DNA of 35,845 nucleotides from Anaerolineae bacterium (GTDB lineage Bacteria; Chloroflexota; Anaerolineae; JACIWR01): NCBI GenBank assembly GCA_021162125.1, contig JAGGZG010000298.1, positions 1 to 35,845 of the forward strand, read 5' to 3'. Shown piece by piece: positions 32,093 to 35,845 of this stretch (position 1 is its first letter; each line of letters starts with the position of its first letter). The notes under the pieces were generated by a model. It saw only the letters and a program-made list of their open reading frames with translations, ran no database searches and was not told where the DNA came from. The position numbers and the translations under genes were made by a program.

Positions 32093-33141
32093 GCCAGCTC
32101 CCTCCGTGCCAGGTCCTGCAACACCTCTCGAATGTCTATGTTGACGGGACAAGCGGTGACACACCGCCCACAGCCCACACACCCGGCCACATCGTAATCC
32201 ACGGGAACGTAGTGGAACTTGCAATAGAAGCGGTTGCGCAATCGCTGCTCGAGATTGGCGCGGGGGTTGTGCCCGCCGGCGTGAACGCGATAATTGACAC
32301 TTTGGCAGCTATCCCATGCGCGCACGCGGCGCACAATCCGCTCGCCCGTGGGGGTGACCACCGTCTCATCGCGCACGTCAAAGCAACGGCAGGTGGGGCA
32401 GACGTAGGTGCAGATGCGGCAACTCAGGCAACGATCCCCCACCCGCTGCCAGTACACATCGTTGAAGGAGGCCAACCACTGCTGCTCCGTTGGCGTCTCG
32501 AACTGATCGTTGAGCTTCGGCTGCGGCAGCTCCAAGCCCTCCACCTCTTGCAGATCCATCCCGGTGGCGAGTTCCTCGCCCTTTGCAGTGACGATTTGCA
32601 CCGCACACCCACCCTCGACCTGGGTCAGCAGGATGTCCACGTCATCGCTGGCATTCGGTGCGCCGCCCACGCTGGTGCAAAAGCAATCCTCCCACATCTG
32701 CGGGCAGGATAGTCCCACCAGCGTTGTGTTGCGGCGGCGCTCGGCGTAGTAAACGTCGGCTGGCTCTTGCTCCAGCATCACCGCGTCCAGCACACGCAGA
32801 CCGCGCGCATCGCAAGGGCGAATGCCGAAGATCACTCGTGGTCGCTCCAGCTTCGTCTCGTGCAACACTGTCTCGCCGTCAGGCCCGGTCTCGATAGTGA
32901 AGAGCGTCTCGGTTTTGGGCATGAAGTGCTCGCGGGCCGAGATCACCGTGCGGGTGAAATCCCAGGCTATTTGAGATGAATCGCTCACCGCCCGGTAGAA
33001 AACCTGTTGGCCCTGGGCCGCCGGGTTGCGAGAACCGGGGGCCTTTTTTTCTGGCCCGACCGCCGTTGGCGCGATGAGGGTCACCTCCTGGGCCAGCTTA
33101 TCCAGCCAGGCGTGCAGTGCCTGTGTCTCAATGAATTTCAT
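32089..33141 (-). CDS. 4Fe-4S dicluster subunit (sulfhydrogenase beta/AsrA/FlxB-like)
   Basis: ATG at 33141, 6 nt after GAGGAGG. Motifs GIRPCDARGLRVLD, CLSCRICTYVCPTCRC and CVGCGRCVTACPVNIDI. Confidence 0.8.
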   Translation of the reverse strand: MKFIETQALHAWLDKLAQEVTLIAPTAVGPEKKAPGSRNPAAQGQQVFYRAVSDSSQIAWDFTRTVISAREHFMPKTETLFTIETGPDGETVLHETKLERPRVIFGIRPCDARGLRVLDAVMLEQEPADVYYAERRRNTTLVGLSCPQMWEDCFCTSVGGAPNASDDVDILLTQVEGGCAVQIVTAKGEELATGMDLQEVEGLELPQPKLNDQFETPTEQQWLASFNDVYWQRVGDRCLSCRICTYVCPTCRCFDVRDETVVTPTGERIVRRVRAWDSCQSVNYRVHAGGHNPRANLEQRLRNRFYCKFHYVPVDYDVAGCVGCGRCVTACPVNIDIREVLQDLARRELA

Positions 33142-33991
33142 CAATCGCCTCCTCGCCAGTCAGCATGGTGACCAGTGGCGTGGGTTCCTCACTCTCACCG
33201 GCGCGGTATCCGGCCATCATCTGCGCCACATCCTTGGCAACTTTGCGGTTGATAAGGCTCAATGGGATACCCATAGGGCAGACCGCCTCGCAGGCGTTGC
33301 ACTCAGCGCAGCGGCCCGCCTGGTGGAAAGCGCGGATGATGTGGAAGAAAGCTTTCTCCGGGATGCGGTCGGCGATGCCCACCCACAGCGAGTCATCACG
33401 CTCGGCCTCGCAGACGGAACAGAAACAAGTGGGGCAGGCCTGGCGACAGGCGTAACAGCGGATGCAGCGGTCCAGTTCGCCCAGCCAATAAGCCAACCGC
33501 TCCTCCAAAGGCAGGGCCTCGATCCTCTCCACATCGTCGTAGGTATCGGTGACAGCGGGCACCTCCGGCGGTTCGCCACACAGCACATCGTAGATCAGCG
33601 GCACCCGTTGGTCGCAGCGGGTGCAGCGCAGTTCGGGTGTGCCGTCGGCGTTCTGCATTCCGGGGCAGGCCACGCCGATGATGTACACCTTATCGCGCTG
33701 AACCTGATTTTCGTTGAGCAGCACTTGCAGCGAACGGGCATCGCACGGCTTGACCAGCACCGCCGTGGTGGGCACTTCCTCGCCCTTCTTGCGGGGCTTG
33801 TTGCGCCGCGTCAGGTAAGTGACCAGATTGTGGTAGCACCGCGCGTCGAAGATGAGCCGCTCGACATCAGCCGGTTCGTAGACGAACGCCGGACGCACGC
33901 GGCCTGTCGGTCCCACCTCGTAGCCGATGACACATTCAACAGTGCCCTTCTCCAACAGCTCCCGCGCCAGAGCGCGAATATCTTCAATCAA
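33128..33991 (-). CDS. 4Fe-4S cluster-binding subunit (FlxC-like, paralogous N-domain to the downstream subunit)
   Basis: TTG start. Motifs LVKPCDARSLQVL, CIRCYACRQACPTCFC and CAECNACEAVCPMGIPL. Confidence 0.75.
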   Translation of the reverse strand: MIEDIRALARELLEKGTVECVIGYEVGPTGRVRPAFVYEPADVERLIFDARCYHNLVTYLTRRNKPRKKGEEVPTTAVLVKPCDARSLQVLLNENQVQRDKVYIIGVACPGMQNADGTPELRCTRCDQRVPLIYDVLCGEPPEVPAVTDTYDDVERIEALPLEERLAYWLGELDRCIRCYACRQACPTCFCSVCEAERDDSLWVGIADRIPEKAFFHIIRAFHQAGRCAECNACEAVCPMGIPLSLINRKVAKDVAQMMAGYRAGESEEPTPLVTMLTGEEAIDEIH

Positions 33992-34014
33992 TGTGCACCT
34001 CCCTAATCGCAGGC

Positions 34015-34041
34015 GTAGGTCGGGTTGGCAACCCGACCTAC
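34015..34041. repeat. 27-nt GTAGG-type palindrome overlapping the mvhD-like stop codon
   Basis: gtaggtcgggttg-g-caacccgacctac: 13-nt perfect arms. The TAG stop (34038-34040 on the minus strand) lies inside the right arm. Confidence 0.6.
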
Positions 34042-34484
34042 AACCCCTCCCGCAGCGGCAAAGAAAGCGGTCCCAGAGCGCGCACCGCCTCCACGAACTC
34101 GGTAGTTATCTTAGCAAAGCGCCCCGCCTCGGCCCCCGACACCCAATCCAGCCGCAGGCGGTCCGGTTCGATGCCCATGTAGGTCATCAGCCGGCGCAGC
34201 AGCGGGATGCGCTTCACAGTGCGGTGGTTGCCGCTACCGTAGTGGCAATCGCCAATGTGACAGCCCAGCACGAGCACACCGTCGGCCCCGGCCATCAAGG
34301 CCTTGAGGACCATTTCGATGGAAACGCGCCCGGAGCACATCACACGCACCGGTAAGATATTGGGCGGCAATTCGAGCCGGGAGATGCCGGCAGCGTCAGC
34401 CCCGGCGTAGGAACACCAGTTACACAGAAAAGCGACGATTTTAGGCTCGAATCCGTCAACCTGGTTCGATGTTCTCTCACTCAT
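34038..34484 (-). CDS. mvhD: methyl-viologen-reducing hydrogenase delta subunit-like protein (MvhD/FlxD)
   Basis: KIVAFLCNWCSYAGADAAG...VRVMCSGRV...GADGVLVLGCHIGDCHY matches the FlpD/MvhD family. ATGA overlap with the hdrA-like stop. Confidence 0.9.
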   Translation of the reverse strand: MSERTSNQVDGFEPKIVAFLCNWCSYAGADAAGISRLELPPNILPVRVMCSGRVSIEMVLKALMAGADGVLVLGCHIGDCHYGSGNHRTVKRIPLLRRLMTYMGIEPDRLRLDWVSGAEAGRFAKITTEFVEAVRALGPLSLPLREGL

Positions 34485-35845
34485 TGGAGCACCCCCACAA
34501 CTTGGGCGACTATCTGATCATCGCTGAAATGCAGCGGCACGATAGCATCGGACGGGCAGGCCGCAGCACAGGTGCCACACCCTTTGCAAAGAGCGGCGTT
34601 GACCTCCGCCTTGCCATCTCCATTCAGGCTGATGGCATTGTACGGACACGCCACTACACACTTGCCACAGCCCGTGCAGAAGCGGGTGAGCACGTGTGAA
34701 ACCATCGGCGAGATGACAACTTCGCCCCGGCTCATCAGGGCCAGTGCCTCGGCGGCGGCAGCGTTGGCATGGGCCACGGTGTCGGGCACATCACGGGGAG
34801 CCTGGCAGGTGCCGGCCAGGAACACACCATCGGTATTGGTCTCCACAGGGCGCAGCTTGGGGTGAGCCTCGGCGAAGAAGCCGTCCTCGGTGCGACCCAG
34901 GCCAAAGAGCCGGGCCACCTGATCGGCATCGGGGCGAGCCTCCATCCCCGTGCCCAGGATGACCATGTCCACCGTCGCTGAGACTGGCCGTCCCAGAGTC
35001 GTATCCTCGGCGCGCACCACCAGCTTGCCATCCTCGCGCACCTTCACCTCGGTGCCCCGGCCGCGAACGAAGATCACACCATCTTCCTGCACCCGCTCGT
35101 AGAACTCCTCGTAGCCCTTGCCGAAAGTTCTCATGTCTATGTAGAACTCATAAACGTCGGCGCCGGTCATATCGCGCACCAGGTGAGCGTGTTTCAGGGA
35201 ATACATACAGCACACGCGGGAGCAATAGCGGTGGGCGTGCTCGTCGCGGCTGCCCACGCAGTGAATGATGGCTACCCGCTCGGGCACTTTGCCCTCGGCG
35301 GTGAGGATCTGCCCACTTGTAGGCCCGCCAGCGCTGGTCAGCCGCTCGAATTCCATGCCAGTCAGGATGTTAGGCGACCTGCCGTAGCTGTACTGCGGCA
35401 GTTTCACCGGGTCGAAGTCGGCGAAGCCGGTAGCGACGATGATGGTGCCCACTTGCAAATCCACGAACTCTTCCCGCATATTGTGATCAATGGCCTGGGC
35501 CTCGCAGAGGCTAACACATTCCAGGCATTCCGAGCAGACGGCACAGGAAAGGCAGCGAGCCGCTTCTGCCTGGGCCTGCTCCTCCGTGAGCCCCAGTTCC
35601 ACTTCCTTAAAACTACTCCTCCGTTCGCTCATGGGGAGGGTGGGCATCTCCCGCCGCGCCGCTTTTTCTGTACCGGCCGGTATCTCCACTTCGATGTCCG
35701 CCGCACGGGGCCACTCAAAGGTCCGCCCCGCGCGCAGGTCCATACCCCGCAGGTAGCGGTGAATGGACTCGGCGGCTCGCTGGCCCGCAGCCACGGCCTC
35801 CACTGCCGAGGCCGGTCCGGTGACTGCGTCACCGCCGGCGAAGAG
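34481..35845 (-). CDS. hdrA: HdrA-like FAD/Fe-S heterodisulfide-reductase subunit A, 5'-truncated by the window edge
   Basis: HdrA hallmark HCVGSRDEHAHRYCSRVCCMYSLKHA, then GVFLAGTCQAPRDVPDTVAHANAAAAEA, and a C-terminal 2x[4Fe-4S] ferredoxin (CTGCGKCVVACP...CKGCGTCAAACP). The reading frame stays open to nt 35845 (LFAGGDAVTGPASAVEAVAAGQ...), so the M at 35803 in the ORF track is an internal GTG. Confidence 0.85.
   Translation of the reverse strand, partial: LFAGGDAVTGPASAVEAVAAGQRAAESIHRYLRGMDLRAGRTFEWPRAADIEVEIPAGTEKAARREMPTLPMSERRSSFKEVELGLTEEQAQAEAARCLSCAVCSECLECVSLCEAQAIDHNMREEFVDLQVGTIIVATGFADFDPVKLPQYSYGRSPNILTGMEFERLTSAGGPTSGQILTAEGKVPERVAIIHCVGSRDEHAHRYCSRVCCMYSLKHAHLVRDMTGADVYEFYIDMRTFGKGYEEFYERVQEDGVIFVRGRGTEVKVREDGKLVVRAEDTTLGRPVSATVDMVILGTGMEARPDADQVARLFGLGRTEDGFFAEAHPKLRPVETNTDGVFLAGTCQAPRDVPDTVAHANAAAAEALALMSRGEVVISPMVSHVLTRFCTGCGKCVVACPYNAISLNGDGKAEVNAALCKGCGTCAAACPSDAIVPLHFSDDQIVAQVVGVLQ

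Noticed and set aside
33026-34006. 326-aa plus-strand ORF across the two FeS-subunit genes
   Set aside because: The minus strand carries canonical CxxCxxCxxxCP ferredoxin motifs and translational coupling. The plus-strand frame is a GC-shadow ORF.

Overview
This is a high-GC bacterial chromosomal segment. The gene content and repeat style look Chloroflexota-like (Anaerolineae/Caldilineae type), but that is inference only.

From left to right the window contains:
- The 3' end of minC, then minD, minE and a SEDS gene (rodA-like).
- A URO-D-like gene translationally coupled (ATGA overlap) to gltX.
- A 570-nt spacer packed with GTAG-headed palindromes.
- A LacI-family regulator with its own promoter and operators.
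- A sugar-type ABC importer (SBP, two permeases, ATPase) extended by a URO-D/MT2-like protein, a PfkB kinase and an NLP/NPP1-like lipoprotein.
- A separately promoted five-gene operon: three tandem PhnP/PqqB-like metallo-beta-lactamase (MBL) paralogs, a TIM-barrel isomerase/epimerase-like protein and the c-di-AMP receptor DarA.
- An accessory-looking patch. An Rpn/DUF4351 nuclease-like gene is coupled to a Cys-rich zinc-ribbon gene. Convergent with these is a 1469-aa tandem-cyclase/AAA_16/TPR STAND-type protein followed by a small NHLP/Nif11/LigA-like protein.
- glnS, degV, an SLC13 permease with two TrkA-C domains, and a DUF89 phosphatase.
- The distal part of an HdrA-MvhD-FeS-FeS-FAD/NAD(P) (Flx/Hdr-like) operon that runs off the right edge.

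I saw no rRNA, tRNA, CRISPR array, integrase or classical transposase.

The best candidates for something undescribed are:
1. The MBLx3-TIM-DarA operon.
2. The tandem-cyclase STAND protein with its trailing small protein, next to the Rpn pair.
3. The NLP-like lipoprotein and Zn-motif URO-D-like enzyme inside a LacI/ABC uptake locus with no assignable substrate.

All family assignments come from reading motifs by eye. No searches were run.
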